Of a stretch of 64,000 bases of DNA, positions 53,410-64,000 are shown in pieces; positions within the stretch are counted from its first letter, which is position 1; every line of letters begins with the position of its first letter. The translations under genes were made by a program, and so were the position numbers. The notes beneath the pieces were generated by a model. It searched no databases, was not told where the DNA came from, and saw only the letters and a list, made by a program, of their open reading frames with translations. This stretch comes from Alphaproteobacteria bacterium (lineage in GTDB: Bacteria; Pseudomonadota; Alphaproteobacteria; Bin95): positions 1,536,001 to 1,600,000 of the forward strand of contig OZ224045.1 in NCBI GenBank assembly GCA_963665325.3. The letters run 5' to 3'.

Positions 53410-55380
53410 TCACTCCGTCGCACCGCTCTCCTCGCCGGGAACCACGTTGGACAAAAACCTTTGATATCTTTCTTGAAGATGTCTTAGGGCAGCTTCATCA
53501 TCAACCTGATGCTCTAGCCTTTCCTGGAAGAACTGGAGCCGCGCCTTGTTTTCCTCAATTATCTGCCCCCAAGTCTTGATGCCAACCGAAATATTGTCTT
53601 TCGTAGAAATTACGCCCCTGTCGTCCATCCGGTAAGCGGCGTACTTCTCAACGTCGTCAGATATTGCCCAAAACGTCCATCTCACACCGTTTACCGAGCG
53701 AAACCTCTCGTCGTCCGCGACACTGATCGCATACTTCTCGATTTGAGTTACCTCTTTGTCACCAATCTTGACTTTCGGCCTCTTGAGCTCCACTATCAGA
53801 TGCTCCATTTCGTCCGCCCGATGTCGACGTAGTGCTCGGGACAACATCAGGTCTATAATTCCTGTTTTCTGGGTGATATGCTTAACCGGTTCATCAATTA
53901 TCACATCGTCCCCGAGAAGTCTCTGGTGCTTTCGCAAAACCGCCGTTAATCCTTTGTCACTCACAGATAAGCTATATTCTTCGCCAAATAACCAGGTGTT
54001 ATCTTCGATTATTTTGTGAAGTTGTGATCTCTCCTTAAGACGACTTTTTATATCATCATCAAATAGTATTTGTTCTAAACCTGCTATAAACTTGAGTCTG
54101 TCTGCGACAATCTTTGCTGCGCTGATAATTGCTGACAATGATGCTTCCTGTAGCAAACTTGCTAGCTCCTGTTGTTTTCGTTTTGGCAACTCTAAAACTT
54201 CATTCATTATGATTTGAAGCTCGTCCGGACTTTTTTCAATCGCTGCTCTCAGCATCCGAAGGTCATATGCTTTCTTTTTCGCTGACGCGCTCCCGAAGTC
54301 TGGCATGTAATCGCTGGCGGTGACTGCCAATATGTCAAACACCTTTCGCTCCACGTCCTCCAGTGGTGTTTGAGCCTCTCCTCTAAAGGGGTAAACGTCC
54401 TCTGCCTTCCACTCATCGACAACCGTTCGCGCACGTTCAGCAGCACGCTCGCGAAAATATTCCTTGATAGTCTGTTGCGCCTCTTCGACACATATATTGA
54501 GTTTCGGATTCATCTCAGCAAGATCAAGCTGTGCCTCCCCATGTAGCTTGGTAACTAACGATGACTTGAGGTAGGCTGAGAAGTGAAACTCGCCCACATG
54601 GAACCGCGTCGCTACCTTTGAGAGTGGGAAACCTTGCTCCGTACACAAATAGAGGCCACGAGTCGTCGCGCTACGCCACTCTATGATCTCCAATTCCACC
54701 GTATAAACGGATTCATCTTCGATAATATCGTTCAATGATGAAGAGAACGAACTGGCGATCGTAGCGTTAGGATCAACCTGTGTTCCTTCATACAAGATTG
54801 AGACGTCGCGGTAATCCTTGAGGTATAAAGCGAATATCTCGGCAAGCTCCTGAGCAGCTGTGTCGGAAGCAAGCGACCGATAGTCCCGGTGTAATTCTGA
54901 CACCTCAATGTCAGTTCCAGTAGTTGTAGAAGCAACCACCCGCTCATCTGTGATCCGAATTTCGCGGATGTTGTCTGCAAGCATAGTGATGTCATAGGCG
55001 CGTATTTCGCCTAGGTTCGTGACGTATGTAACCGTCCAATCTGCAACACGGCCGAGCGCGAATACCTTGAAGCGACCTCGACCTTCATAGCCGTGAAGTA
55101 CCCTTCCCTTCGTTTTAGTTCGACCTCCAGATCTTTTCCACGAGCCGCCAAGCCGCGTGAACAAGTGGGGCGCATCTTGACGGGGAAATCCGTGCCCATT
55201 ATCTTTGACGCGGATCTTAGTCATCGCCAGTTCGCCGTAATCAAGTGCAACGTCAATGCGGGTTGCATCAGCATCAAGGCTGTTCCAGATAAGCTCGGCG
55301 ACGGCTTGGATGGGCTTAGCTTTTGATTGCCGTTCAAGAAAGTCAGGCTGCACTTCGACTGTATAGCTGCGTTCAGCCAC
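53410..55380 (-). CDS. GHKL (HATPase) ATPase fused to a C-terminal PD-(D/E)XK nuclease-like domain; defence candidate
   Basis: ELIWNSLDA, DNGHG, GYEGRGRF; C-terminal IDLML...IVELKRP...QIEKYA; AT-rich; GTG start chosen. Confidence 0.8.
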   Translation of the reverse strand: MAERSYTVEVQPDFLERQSKAKPIQAVAELIWNSLDADATRIDVALDYGELAMTKIRVKDNGHGFPRQDAPHLFTRLGGSWKRSGGRTKTKGRVLHGYEGRGRFKVFALGRVADWTVTYVTNLGEIRAYDITMLADNIREIRITDERVVASTTTGTDIEVSELHRDYRSLASDTAAQELAEIFALYLKDYRDVSILYEGTQVDPNATIASSFSSSLNDIIEDESVYTVELEIIEWRSATTRGLYLCTEQGFPLSKVATRFHVGEFHFSAYLKSSLVTKLHGEAQLDLAEMNPKLNICVEEAQQTIKEYFRERAAERARTVVDEWKAEDVYPFRGEAQTPLEDVERKVFDILAVTASDYMPDFGSASAKKKAYDLRMLRAAIEKSPDELQIIMNEVLELPKRKQQELASLLQEASLSAIISAAKIVADRLKFIAGLEQILFDDDIKSRLKERSQLHKIIEDNTWLFGEEYSLSVSDKGLTAVLRKHQRLLGDDVIIDEPVKHITQKTGIIDLMLSRALRRHRADEMEHLIVELKRPKVKIGDKEVTQIEKYAISVADDERFRSVNGVRWTFWAISDDVEKYAAYRMDDRGVISTKDNISVGIKTWGQIIEENKARLQFFQERLEHQVDDEAALRHLQERYQRFLSNVVPGEESGATE

Positions 55381-55653
55381 CGGGTTGGCACCTTTTTCGG
55401 TTCGTCGGCGGGTCTCGTCACTGTGCAAGGAGGATACCACGCTTCTTGGTCGGCAGAGACTTCAAATACTCGCGCCGAGTGTCCGCTTGCACTAGGGGAT
55501 GCGCTGCGTGTTGCCCACGGGTTCGGCGCGTGCGTTCACCGATTGGCGGCAAGCCTTATAGTTCTCGCCCCTAAGGGAGCAAGCCGAAAGCGCTAGGTCC
55601 GGAATTGCCTCGAAAACTGGCGTGGCTCCGAAATTCAACATTCCGCCCGCCGG

Positions 55654-57081
55654 TCAGATGGAGAAGCCGCCGAGCTTCGTCTCCAGATATTCGGCGATAC
55701 CCTCGTGGCCGCCCTCGCGCCCGAGGCCGCTTTCCTTGGAGCCGCCGAACGGGGCGGCGGCCGCGGTCGGGTTGATGTCGTTGATGCCGACGATACCGAA
55801 TTTGAGGTCCTCGAACATCCGGAAGGCCTTGGCCATATCGCGGGTATAGACATAGGAGGCGAGGCCGTAGTGGGTGTCGTTGGCCATGGCGAGTGCCTCG
55901 CCCTCGTCGCGGAAGGGAATGATCGGCGCGACCGGCCCGAAGGTCTCCTCGCGGTAGATCTGCATGTCGGGCGCAACGCCGGAGAGCACGGTTGGCGCGT
56001 AGAAGGTGCCCTTCGCGAGCGCGCCGTCCGTCATGCGGTGCCCGCCGCAGAGCACTTCGGCTCCACGACCGGCCGCGTCCGCCACCTGGCGCTCGACCTT
56101 CTCGACGGCCGCTTCATCCACGAGCGGGCCAATCTGTACGCCTTCCTCCAGGCCGTTGCCTGCCCGCATCCTGCCGACGCGCGAGACGAACTCCTCGGTA
56201 AAGGCATCGACGGCGTCCTCATGCACGAAAATCCGATTCGGGCAGATGCAGGCCTGGCCCGTGTTCAGGAACTTGACCAGTGCCGCGCCCTTGGCGGCAT
56301 GGACGGGATCGGCGTCCTTCAGCACAAGGAAGGGCGCATGGCCGCCGAGCTCCAGCGAAACGCGCTTCATGCTGGCGGCGGCGCGCGCGGCGATCATCTT
56401 GCCGATCTCGGTCGAGCCGGTGAAGGTGATCTTGCGCACGCGGGGATCGGTCAGGAAGGCGTCGCCGACGGGGGCGGGGTCCTCGGCCGTCACGAGGTTG
56501 ACGACACCCGCCGGCACGCCCGCCGCCTCCAGGCACTCGAACACCTTGACCGCACATAGCGGCGTCGCCTCCGCCGGCTTGAGCACGATGGTGCAGCCGG
56601 CGGCGATGGCGGGCGCCACCTTGCGCGTCACCATGGAGACCGGATAGTTCCAGGGCGTGATCGCGGCGACGACACCGACCGGCTGGCGCATCACCATGAA
56701 GCGCTGGTCACCGCGCGGCGCCGGGATGGTCTCGCCATAGACGCGCTTCGCCTCCTCGGCGTACCAGAGCAGGAAGTCCGCGCCGTAGCGCACCTCGTTG
56801 CGGGCCGCGCGCAACGGCTTGCCCTGTTCGAGCGTCATCGTGCGGGCGAGGTCCTCCGCCCGCTCCGTCATGATCTCCCAGGCGCGGTAGAGGATGCGCG
56901 AGCGCTCATAGGCCGTCTGCCCGGCCCAGCCGGCGAAGGCCCGCTCGGCGGCGTCTATCGCCCGCACGGCATCGGCGCCGCCGCCGTCCGGCGCATCGCC
57001 CACGGTCTCCCCGTTCGCCGGGTTGGTCACCCGGAAGCGCTCGCCGCCGGCCGCCTCGCACCAGACTCCGTCGATGAACAT
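55654..57081 (-). CDS. gabD: NAD(P)-dependent succinate-semialdehyde dehydrogenase-like aldehyde dehydrogenase
   Basis: ITPWNYP, FTGSTEIG, LELGG, GQACIC, EETFGP; start re-set to ATG 57081. Confidence 0.85.
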   Translation of the reverse strand: MFIDGVWCEAAGGERFRVTNPANGETVGDAPDGGGADAVRAIDAAERAFAGWAGQTAYERSRILYRAWEIMTERAEDLARTMTLEQGKPLRAARNEVRYGADFLLWYAEEAKRVYGETIPAPRGDQRFMVMRQPVGVVAAITPWNYPVSMVTRKVAPAIAAGCTIVLKPAEATPLCAVKVFECLEAAGVPAGVVNLVTAEDPAPVGDAFLTDPRVRKITFTGSTEIGKMIAARAAASMKRVSLELGGHAPFLVLKDADPVHAAKGAALVKFLNTGQACICPNRIFVHEDAVDAFTEEFVSRVGRMRAGNGLEEGVQIGPLVDEAAVEKVERQVADAAGRGAEVLCGGHRMTDGALAKGTFYAPTVLSGVAPDMQIYREETFGPVAPIIPFRDEGEALAMANDTHYGLASYVYTRDMAKAFRMFEDLKFGIVGINDINPTAAAAPFGGSKESGLGREGGHEGIAEYLETKLGGFSI

Positions 57082-57248
57082 GGCCCCGCACCCCTCTCCG
57101 TTCCGTTCGGGCAACCGCCCCTTACCCCGCCCGCGCCGTCCGCTCAAGTTCCCGGGCGTCGCGGCGGGCCCGGGGGCAAGCTCGCGCTTGCGTCCCGCCG
57201 TTTCCCGAATCACCATGGCGCGGCAGGACCGACGAAGGAACAGGGACC

Positions 57249-58118
57249 ATGAAATTCGCTCTGCGCTATTGCAATACCGGACGCTACACCGACCCGGCGG
57301 AGGCGGTGGCGTTGCTTCAGGCGGGCGAGGCCGCCGGTTTCGAGTCCGCCTGGACCATCGAGCACACCGTGGTGCCGAAGGGCTACCGGTCCTCCTATCC
57401 CTATGCCGCCGGCGGCAGGATGCCCGGCGACGAGGCCGAGTTCGTCATGCCGGACCCGCTGATCTGGATGTCCTGGGTCGCGGCCAGGACCGAGCGCATC
57501 CGGCTCGGCACGGCCATCCTGATCCTGCCGCAGCACAATCCGGTCGTTACCGCCAAGCAGGTGGCCACGCTGGACGCCATGTCGAACGGACGCATCGAGC
57601 TCGGCATCGGCGTCGGCTGGCTGCGCGAGGAGTTCGACGCACTCGGCGTCCCCTTCGAGGACCGGGGCGCGCGCACCGACGACTATGTGCATGCTATGCG
57701 GGAGCTCTGGAGATCGCCGGCGCCGACCTACAGGGGCCGGTTCGTCTCCTTCGAGAATGCCTATATGCAACCGAAACCGCGCAACGGCACGGTCCCGATC
57801 ACGGTCGGCGGCCACTCGAAGGCTGCGGCCCGGCGGGCGGGCCGGCTGGGCGACGGCTACTTCCCGGCGCGCGGCGCGCCCGAGGACCTGTTCGACCTGG
57901 TGCGCGCGACGGCCCGCGAACACGGGCGCGACCCGGACGCGATCACGCTTACCTGCTCGATCCCGGACGATCTCGACGAACTGCCACGTCTGGCCGCAAT
58001 GGGCGTCGGGCGCGTCACCGTGCCGGTCACGGGCGTCGCCGGCCTCGCCATGCGCGTGGACGGACCCGAAGACGTGATGGCGTGGAAGGAGACCATCGAG
58101 CGCTACGCCGACCTCTAA
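57249..58118 (+). CDS. LLM class (F420-dependent-like) oxidoreductase
   Basis: EHTVVP, DPLIW, ATLDAMSNGRIELGIGVGWLREEF, RAGRLGDG. Confidence 0.88.
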   Translation: MKFALRYCNTGRYTDPAEAVALLQAGEAAGFESAWTIEHTVVPKGYRSSYPYAAGGRMPGDEAEFVMPDPLIWMSWVAARTERIRLGTAILILPQHNPVVTAKQVATLDAMSNGRIELGIGVGWLREEFDALGVPFEDRGARTDDYVHAMRELWRSPAPTYRGRFVSFENAYMQPKPRNGTVPITVGGHSKAAARRAGRLGDGYFPARGAPEDLFDLVRATAREHGRDPDAITLTCSIPDDLDELPRLAAMGVGRVTVPVTGVAGLAMRVDGPEDVMAWKETIERYADL

Positions 58119-58136
58119 GGGCGCAGGAGGGCCCGG

Positions 58137-58871
58137 TCAGGCGCGGGCGGCGGCGATCAGATATTCGACATTGCCTTCCGGGCCGCGCACCGGGCTTTCC
58201 TCCAGGCCCAGCACGGACCAGCCATCGAGGCTTCCCAGCCAGTCCCGGACGGCCTCGCAGACCTCCCGGTGCACTTCCGGGTCGCGCACAACGCCGCCCT
58301 TGCCGACGCGCCCGCGCCCGGCTTCGAATTGCGGCTTGACGAGCGCCACCAGATGGGCGCCGGGGAGGGTGAGCGCGAGCGGCGCGGGCAGGATGGTCGC
58401 GAGCGAGATGAAGGAGGCGTCGCAGACGACCAGGCCGATCGGGTCCGGCACTTCGGCCGCCGTCAGGTAGCGGGCATTGGTACGCTCGAGCACGCGCACG
58501 CGAGCATCGTTGCGCAGCTTCCAGGCGAGTTGGCCGCGCCCGACATCGACGGCCCAGACGCGCGCGGCGCCGTTTGCGAGCAGCACATCGGTGAAACCGC
58601 CCGTAGACGCGCCCACATCGAGGCATGTCCGGTCCCGGACCGGAACGCCGAAGGCGTCGAGGCCGTGCGCGAGCTTCAGCCCACCGCGCGAGACCCAGGG
58701 ATGCGCCCGTCCGCGCACCTCCAGCGGCGTGTCCGCGCCGATGGCATGGCCGGCCTTGTCGAGCCTTTGCGCGCCGGAATAGACCTTGCCCGCGAGGACA
58801 AGCGCCTGCGCCTGCGTCCGGTTTTCCGAGAGGCCGCGCGCGACCAGGACCCGGTCGAGGCGGTCCTTCAC
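58137..58871 (-). CDS. tlyA: TlyA family RNA methyltransferase
   Basis: S4 domain [33 protein letters not shown]. Confidence 0.95.
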   Translation of the reverse strand: MKDRLDRVLVARGLSENRTQAQALVLAGKVYSGAQRLDKAGHAIGADTPLEVRGRAHPWVSRGGLKLAHGLDAFGVPVRDRTCLDVGASTGGFTDVLLANGAARVWAVDVGRGQLAWKLRNDARVRVLERTNARYLTAAEVPDPIGLVVCDASFISLATILPAPLALTLPGAHLVALVKPQFEAGRGRVGKGGVVRDPEVHREVCEAVRDWLGSLDGWSVLGLEESPVRGPEGNVEYLIAAARA

Positions 58872-60787
58872 CCCACTGCCGCGACCGGCGTAGGGCGGAA
58901 GGCAGCAAACACCGACCGGAAAATGGCGTACGTGTCCAGCCCCGCCTGGGCCACCTGCGCTTCCGGCTTGTCATGGTCGATGAAGATGTCCGGCATGACC
59001 AGGGAACGGACCTTCAGGCGGCCGTCCAGAAGGCCCTGGCCGGCCAGGAACTGGAGCACGAAGGCCCCGAAGCCGCCGACAGAGCCTTCCTCGACCGTGA
59101 CCACGAGCTCATGGTTCTCCGCCAGCTGGCGCACAAGGCCCTCGTCGAGCGGCTTGGCGAAGCGCGCGTCCGCGACCGTCGTCGAGATTCCTTCCCCGTC
59201 CAGCCTTTCCGCCGCCGCCAGCGCATCGTGGAGCCGCGCGCCATAGGAAAGAATGGCGGCTTTCGTTCCTTCGCGTACGATCCGCCCCCTGCCGATTTCG
59301 AGCGCCTCGCCGCGCTCCGGCATGGGCACCCCGACGCCCTCCCCGCGCGCATAGCGCAGCGCCGTGGGTCCGTCGTCGATGCCGACCGCCGTCGCGACCA
59401 TGTGCACGAGGTCGGCTTCATCGGCGGCCGCCATCAGTACGAAATTCGGCAGGCAGCCGAGATAGGCGATGTCGAAGGCGCCGCAATGGGTTGCGCCGTC
59501 GGCGCCGACATAACCGGCCCGGTCTATGGCGAAGCGCACCGGCAGCGACTGGATCGCGACGTCGTGGACGACCTGGTCGTAACCGCGCTGGAGGAAGGTC
59601 GAATAGATCGTGGCGAAAGGTTTCATGCCTTCGCAGGCCAGTCCCGCGGCGAAGGTCACCGCATGCTGCTCGGCGATGCCCACATCGAAAGCGCGGTCCG
59701 GGAAGCGCGCACCGAACGCGTCCACGCCCGTGCCTGAGGGCATGGCGGCGGTAATGGCGCAGACCGCCGGGTCCCTCTCCGCCTCGGCGATCAGGCTCTT
59801 CGCGAACACCGAGGTATAGGAAGGCGCGGCGGGTTTCGACTTCGCCTGCACGCCCGTATCGAGGTCGAACTTGGAAACGCCGTGATACTTGTCGCCGGAG
59901 GTCTCGGCCGGCTCGTAGCCCTTGCCCTTTTGCGTGACCGCGTGGATCAGCACCGGTCCGCGGCCGTCCGTGTCGCGCACATTGCGCAGGATGGGCAGCA
60001 GGTGGTCAAGATTGTGGCCGTCGATCGGCCCCACATAGTAGAAGCCCATCTCCTCGAACAGCGTGCCGCCCGTGACGAGGCCGCGCGCATATTCCTCTGC
60101 CCTGAGCGCCGCGATCTCGAACGGCTTGGGGAAGCGGCGCGCCACTTCCTTCGCCACCTGCCGGAGCGAGCGGTAGGAGCGCGAGGAGATCAGCCGGGCG
60201 AGATAGTTGCTCATCGCGCCGACATTGGGGGCGATCGACATGTCGTTGTCGTTCAGCACCACCACCAGGGGAAGCTCCATCGCGCCGGCATTGTTCATCG
60301 CCTCATAGGCCATACCGGCGGTCATCGCCCCGTCCCCGATCACGGCGATGCAACGCCGTTCTTCGCCGCGAAGCTTGGCGCCCGCCGCCATACCGAGCGC
60401 CGCCGAGATCGAGGTCGAGCTGTGCGCGGCGCCGAAGGGGTCGTAGGGGCTCTCGACGCGCCGGGTGAAGCCCGAGAGGCCGCCGCCCTGGCGCAGCGTT
60501 CGCATTCCCGACCGGCGCCCGGTCAGGATCTTGTGCGGATAGGCCTGGTGGCTGACATCCCAGATCAGGCGGTCATGCGGGGTCTCGAACACCGCGTGCA
60601 GCGCCACGGTAAGTTCGATGACGCCGAGACTCGCGCCCAGGTGGCCGCCCGTCTGCGAGACCGTATCGACCGTCTCGAACCGCAATTCGGCGGCAAGCTG
60701 CTTCAGATCGTTGTCGGAAAGCTCACGCACGTCCGCTGGAGAGTCGATACGGTCCAGCAGGGGCGTCGTTCGGTTGGACAGGTACAT
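58868..60787 (-). CDS. dxs: 1-deoxy-D-xylulose-5-phosphate synthase
   Basis: [30 protein letters not shown]; start re-set to ATG 60787. Confidence 0.97.
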   Translation of the reverse strand: MYLSNRTTPLLDRIDSPADVRELSDNDLKQLAAELRFETVDTVSQTGGHLGASLGVIELTVALHAVFETPHDRLIWDVSHQAYPHKILTGRRSGMRTLRQGGGLSGFTRRVESPYDPFGAAHSSTSISAALGMAAGAKLRGEERRCIAVIGDGAMTAGMAYEAMNNAGAMELPLVVVLNDNDMSIAPNVGAMSNYLARLISSRSYRSLRQVAKEVARRFPKPFEIAALRAEEYARGLVTGGTLFEEMGFYYVGPIDGHNLDHLLPILRNVRDTDGRGPVLIHAVTQKGKGYEPAETSGDKYHGVSKFDLDTGVQAKSKPAAPSYTSVFAKSLIAEAERDPAVCAITAAMPSGTGVDAFGARFPDRAFDVGIAEQHAVTFAAGLACEGMKPFATIYSTFLQRGYDQVVHDVAIQSLPVRFAIDRAGYVGADGATHCGAFDIAYLGCLPNFVLMAAADEADLVHMVATAVGIDDGPTALRYARGEGVGVPMPERGEALEIGRGRIVREGTKAAILSYGARLHDALAAAERLDGEGISTTVADARFAKPLDEGLVRQLAENHELVVTVEEGSVGGFGAFVLQFLAGQGLLDGRLKVRSLVMPDIFIDHDKPEAQVAQAGLDTYAIFRSVFAAFRPTPVAAVG

Positions 60788-60797
60788 TGGATACCTC

Positions 60798-61685
60798 TCA
60801 ACTACTGCGTTCGATGGCAAACCGGGCTGCATCCCTCAAGGGATCGGCACGGGTTCCGAAACAATCGAGATGCGAGGCCGCCTGCTCGCTCAGCATGGCC
60901 GCCCGCGCGCGGGCCGACTCGATGCCCAGAAGCGAAACCACCGTGGCCTTGCCCTGCCCGGCGTCCTTGCGCAGGCGCTTGCCCGCCTCTTCTTCCGAGC
61001 CGTCGGCGTCGATCAGGTCGTCAGCGATCTGGAATGCGAAACCGAGGTCCTGGGCATAGGCGGTGAGGGCACGCTCGGCGTCTCGCGGCGCTCCGCCCAG
61101 AAGCGCGCCGGCCCTGCAGCAGAAGGCGATCAGCGCGCCGGTTTTCATGCGCTCCAGACGGGCGATCTCGCCATATTCGAATTCGGTGCGTTCGGCGAGC
61201 ATGTCGAGCATCTGGCCGCCGCACATGCCCTCGGCTCCGGCTGCGCGCGCCAGTCCGCCGACCAGCTTGAGGCGGACGGCCGCACTCGGGTGCGTCTCGG
61301 CGTCTGCCAGCACTTCGAAGGCAAGCGTCAGCAGCGCGTCGCCCGCCAGGATGGCGGTGGCTTCGTCCCAGGCGGCGTGGACGGTCGGCCGGCCGCGCCT
61401 GAGGTCGTCATCGTCCATCGCGGGCAGATCGTCATGGACCAGCGAATAGCAATGCACCAATTCGACCGCGGCGCCGCAGCGCAGCGAGAACCGTTCCTCG
61501 ACGCCGAACAGGTCGGCGGAGGCCACCACCAGAAACGGCCTGAGCCGTTTGCCGGGACCGAGCGCCGCGTAGCGCATGGCGTCGAACAGCCGCCCTTCCG
61601 CGCGTCCGGTCTCGGGCAGCAGCCCAGCCAGGATTCGGTCAACCTTGGCGCGGACCCGTCCGAGGCGGTCGGGGAAGCCCGTCAC
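60798..61685 (-). CDS. ispA: farnesyl diphosphate synthase
   Basis: [27 protein letters not shown]. Confidence 0.95.
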   Translation of the reverse strand: MTGFPDRLGRVRAKVDRILAGLLPETGRAEGRLFDAMRYAALGPGKRLRPFLVVASADLFGVEERFSLRCGAAVELVHCYSLVHDDLPAMDDDDLRRGRPTVHAAWDEATAILAGDALLTLAFEVLADAETHPSAAVRLKLVGGLARAAGAEGMCGGQMLDMLAERTEFEYGEIARLERMKTGALIAFCCRAGALLGGAPRDAERALTAYAQDLGFAFQIADDLIDADGSEEEAGKRLRKDAGQGKATVVSLLGIESARARAAMLSEQAASHLDCFGTRADPLRDAARFAIERSS

Positions 61686-61936
61686 CCGTCGGCTTCCGGA
61701 TCGAGCGGTTCGGCGGCAGGGATGCCGGCGCGGTCCAAAGCGATCTTCTCGACCTTCTCCTGCGCCAGACGCAGCTTGTCCTCGCAGTGGCGCTTGAGCG
61801 CCGCCCCGCGTTCATAGGCGGCGATAGCGTCTTCGAGCGGCGTCCGGCCCTGCTCCAGCCGCTGGACGATCTGCTCCAGTTCCGCCATGGCGTCCTCGAA
61901 GCTCATCGCCGAAATTTCAGTCGTTTCAACCGCCAC
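61682..61936 (-). CDS. xseB: exodeoxyribonuclease VII small subunit
   Basis: SFEDAMAELEQIVQRLE...YERG. Confidence 0.95.
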   Translation of the reverse strand: MAVETTEISAMSFEDAMAELEQIVQRLEQGRTPLEDAIAAYERGAALKRHCEDKLRLAQEKVEKIALDRAGIPAAEPLDPEADG

Positions 61937-62030
61937 CGGCCAGCCTCTGCCGTAATCTTGTAAGTCTTGCAGTCTACCATTTTTCGCGGCCCGCCTTCAA
62001 ACGCGGCAGCGGCCGGCGACCGGAAGCGGC

Positions 62031-63005
62031 TCAGACCGTGAGCACGATCTTTCCGGCGACCTTGCGAGACAGCAGGCGGCGGAGCGCGTCGCCCGCCTGC
62101 TCAAGCGGCCGAGTCTCGGCGATGCGGGGCTTGAGCGCGCCCGCCTCGTAGAGCTTGAAGAGGTCCGCGAAGCTCCGTTGCAGCCGCTCCGGCTCGCGTT
62201 CCCGGTGCGAGCTCCAGTAAACGCCGATAGCCGCCGCATTCTTGACCAGGAGCAGGTTGGCCGGGGCCTGCGGAATGCGCCCGGCCGCGAAACCGACCAC
62301 CAGCAATCTGCCGCCCCAGGCGATGGAGCGCATGGAAGCGTCAAAGACATCGCCGCCCACGGGATCGTAGATCACATCCGCGCCGCGCCCCTCCGTGAGT
62401 TCCCTGACGCGCGCCCGGATATCCTCGCTCCTGTAGTCGATGCCGTGGTCCGCGCCGTGCTCCATGGCGACCGCCAGCTTTTCCGGCCCGCCAGCCGTGG
62501 CGATGACGGTCGCGCCCATTGCCTTGCCAATCTCGACCGCGGTAAGCCCGACGCCGCCGGCCGCACCGTGCACGAGCAGCGTTTCCCCCGCCTTGAGGGC
62601 GCCGCGGTGGTCGAGGCCGATATGGCTTGTGCCGTAAGTCACCGGGAAGCCTGCAGCCGTGACGAAATCCATGCTCTCCGGCAGGCGGTAAACATGCACG
62701 GCGGGAACGCATACACGTTCGCGGTACGCGCCGTAGTCCATCACCGCCATCACGCGCTCGCCGATCTCGAAGCCTTCGACGCCGGGCCCGAGCGCATCGA
62801 CACGGCCCGCGCATTCGAAACCGGGGCTGAAGGGGAAGTCGGGGCGGGTCTGGTACTGGCCGGCCGCCACCAGCGAGTCGGCGAAATTCACACCGACGGC
62901 CGCGGCGCGCACCCGGACCTCGCCGGGGCCGGGCTCGTCCGGTTCGATGTCCTCGACGGTAAACGCGTCGATTCCGTCGAAGGACCGGCAGAGAACCGCG
63001 CGCAT
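62031..63005 (-). CDS. NADPH:quinone oxidoreductase family (MDR) protein
   Basis: GVNFAD, PGFE, HGAAGGVG, DPVGG, GKIVL; start re-set. Confidence 0.92.
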   Translation of the reverse strand: MRAVLCRSFDGIDAFTVEDIEPDEPGPGEVRVRAAAVGVNFADSLVAAGQYQTRPDFPFSPGFECAGRVDALGPGVEGFEIGERVMAVMDYGAYRERVCVPAVHVYRLPESMDFVTAAGFPVTYGTSHIGLDHRGALKAGETLLVHGAAGGVGLTAVEIGKAMGATVIATAGGPEKLAVAMEHGADHGIDYRSEDIRARVRELTEGRGADVIYDPVGGDVFDASMRSIAWGGRLLVVGFAAGRIPQAPANLLLVKNAAAIGVYWSSHREREPERLQRSFADLFKLYEAGALKPRIAETRPLEQAGDALRRLLSRKVAGKIVLTV

Positions 63006-63703
63006 CAGCGCAGCACCCGGTTGAACATCGCTTCGGAGCGCCCGTTGGCGAGTTCCTTCATGGCCGTCACTTCCGTCGAGGCGCGTTCGCGCGCGAAGGC
63101 GTGGTCCGTGTCGGGGTAGGTGTAGATTTCGGCAGCCGCGTGGCCCGCCAGCGCCGCTGCGGTCGCATCGCGGACCGGGGCCGGGGTCCAGGCGTCCGCC
63201 TCGCCGATATGGAGCATGACGGGGCGCGTTATCTGCGCCGCCTCGCCCAGATAGTCCTCGATGCCGACGCCGTAATAGGAAATGTCGCAGTCCGCTTCGC
63301 CGCGCGCGGCATGCAGGAAGGCGAGCAGCCCGCCCAGGCAATAGCCCTGCGTTGCGACCTTGCCGCTGCATTCGGGCATGTCCCGGAGCCGCGCGACCGC
63401 TGCCGCCGTATCCGAGACGGCGAGATCGACATCGAATTGGGAGCGCGTCGCGAGCGCCCGCTCCCGGTGGCCGGGAGTCTCCGGATCGAGTTCGAAATCC
63501 GGATCGATCCGCCAGTAGAGCTTCGGGCAGACTGCGAGGAAGCCCCTGCCGGCCCAGTAGTCGGCGATGGCGCGCATGAAGCGGTTGACGCCGAATACCT
63601 CGTTCAGCAGCAGCAGGCCGGGCGCGGGCCCGCCGGCGTCGGGTAACGCCGCATAGGCGCCGAAGGTTTCGCCGGCGGGGGTCGTGATCGTAAGCTCGGG
63701 CAT
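63005..63703 (-). CDS. dienelactone hydrolase family protein
   Basis: EVFGVN, GYCLGG, YYG, HAF; start re-set to ATG 63703. Confidence 0.92.
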   Translation of the reverse strand: MPELTITTPAGETFGAYAALPDAGGPAPGLLLLNEVFGVNRFMRAIADYWAGRGFLAVCPKLYWRIDPDFELDPETPGHRERALATRSQFDVDLAVSDTAAAVARLRDMPECSGKVATQGYCLGGLLAFLHAARGEADCDISYYGVGIEDYLGEAAQITRPVMLHIGEADAWTPAPVRDATAAALAGHAAAEIYTYPDTDHAFARERASTEVTAMKELANGRSEAMFNRVLR

Positions 63704-63824
63704 GGGATGAGGCGTCTCGTTTCGGGGAGTATTGCCCATTGTAGCAGGCAGTTCCGGCAAGGCGGACATCCGGAGCGATATGCGTGACAATGGGCGCACC
63801 GGTGAAACAGGGGGAGCCGAACGC

Positions 63825-64000
63825 ATGGCCGAGCTGGAAGGAAAGACCGCCGTCATTACGGGGGGCGCGAGCGGCATCGGCGAGGCGACGGCGCGGCTGT
63901 TCGTCGCCGAGGGCGCCCGCGTCGTGATCGCCGACATGCAGCGCGAGCGTGGAGAGGCGCTGGCCGACGAGCTCGGAGAGGCGGCCTTGTTCGCTCCCTG
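63825..64000 (+). CDS. short-chain dehydrogenase/reductase, partial (runs off the window)
   Basis: [26 protein letters not shown]; GGGGAG RBS; absent from the ORF track. Confidence 0.9.
   Translation, partial: MAELEGKTAVITGGASGIGEATARLFVAEGARVVIADMQRERGEALADELGEAALFAP

Noticed and set aside
57079-57100. Possible frameshift at the gabD start (out-of-frame GTG just after the RBS)
   Set aside because: In-frame ATG 57081 has acceptable RBS spacing and gives a full-length ALDH

Overview
High-GC alphaproteobacterial chromosomal segment. Taxonomy rests on the alpha-type GTTC-N7-GTTC LexA box, the NDUFS4-like gene and the secG-pyrG-kdsA-eno order; a marine or host-associated lifestyle is only an inference. 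From left to right: a periplasmic Mo/W formate dehydrogenase cluster; rmuC, a Baeyer-Villiger monooxygenase and a lone CoxL-like subunit; secG-pyrG-kdsA-eno; tRNA-Arg(TCT) followed by a ~5 kb integrase-less island (AraC, a large Calx-beta/autotransporter-like adhesin, nested IS remnants); oxidoreductases; a LexA-controlled imuA-imuB-dnaE2 cassette; the cnoX cluster, fhs, zur-znuCB/znuA; a catabolic gene string interrupted at every junction by accessory DNA; and xseB-ispA-dxs-tlyA. Three things stand out. (1) A GNAT acetyltransferase has an in-frame TGA at a position that is Cys in homologues, followed by a SECIS-like hairpin, making it a candidate selenoprotein (35095-35625). (2) Two AT-rich cargo genes are each bracketed by a direct duplication of the 3' end of the neighbouring host gene, with no mobility gene (49071-50621 and 53241-55735). 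(3) A ~430 bp hairpin-dense element has its own promoter, a small ORF and phased TGTCATG repeats (48290-48720). All calls were made by eye from motifs; no database searches were run, and many start codons were re-chosen from the ORF track.
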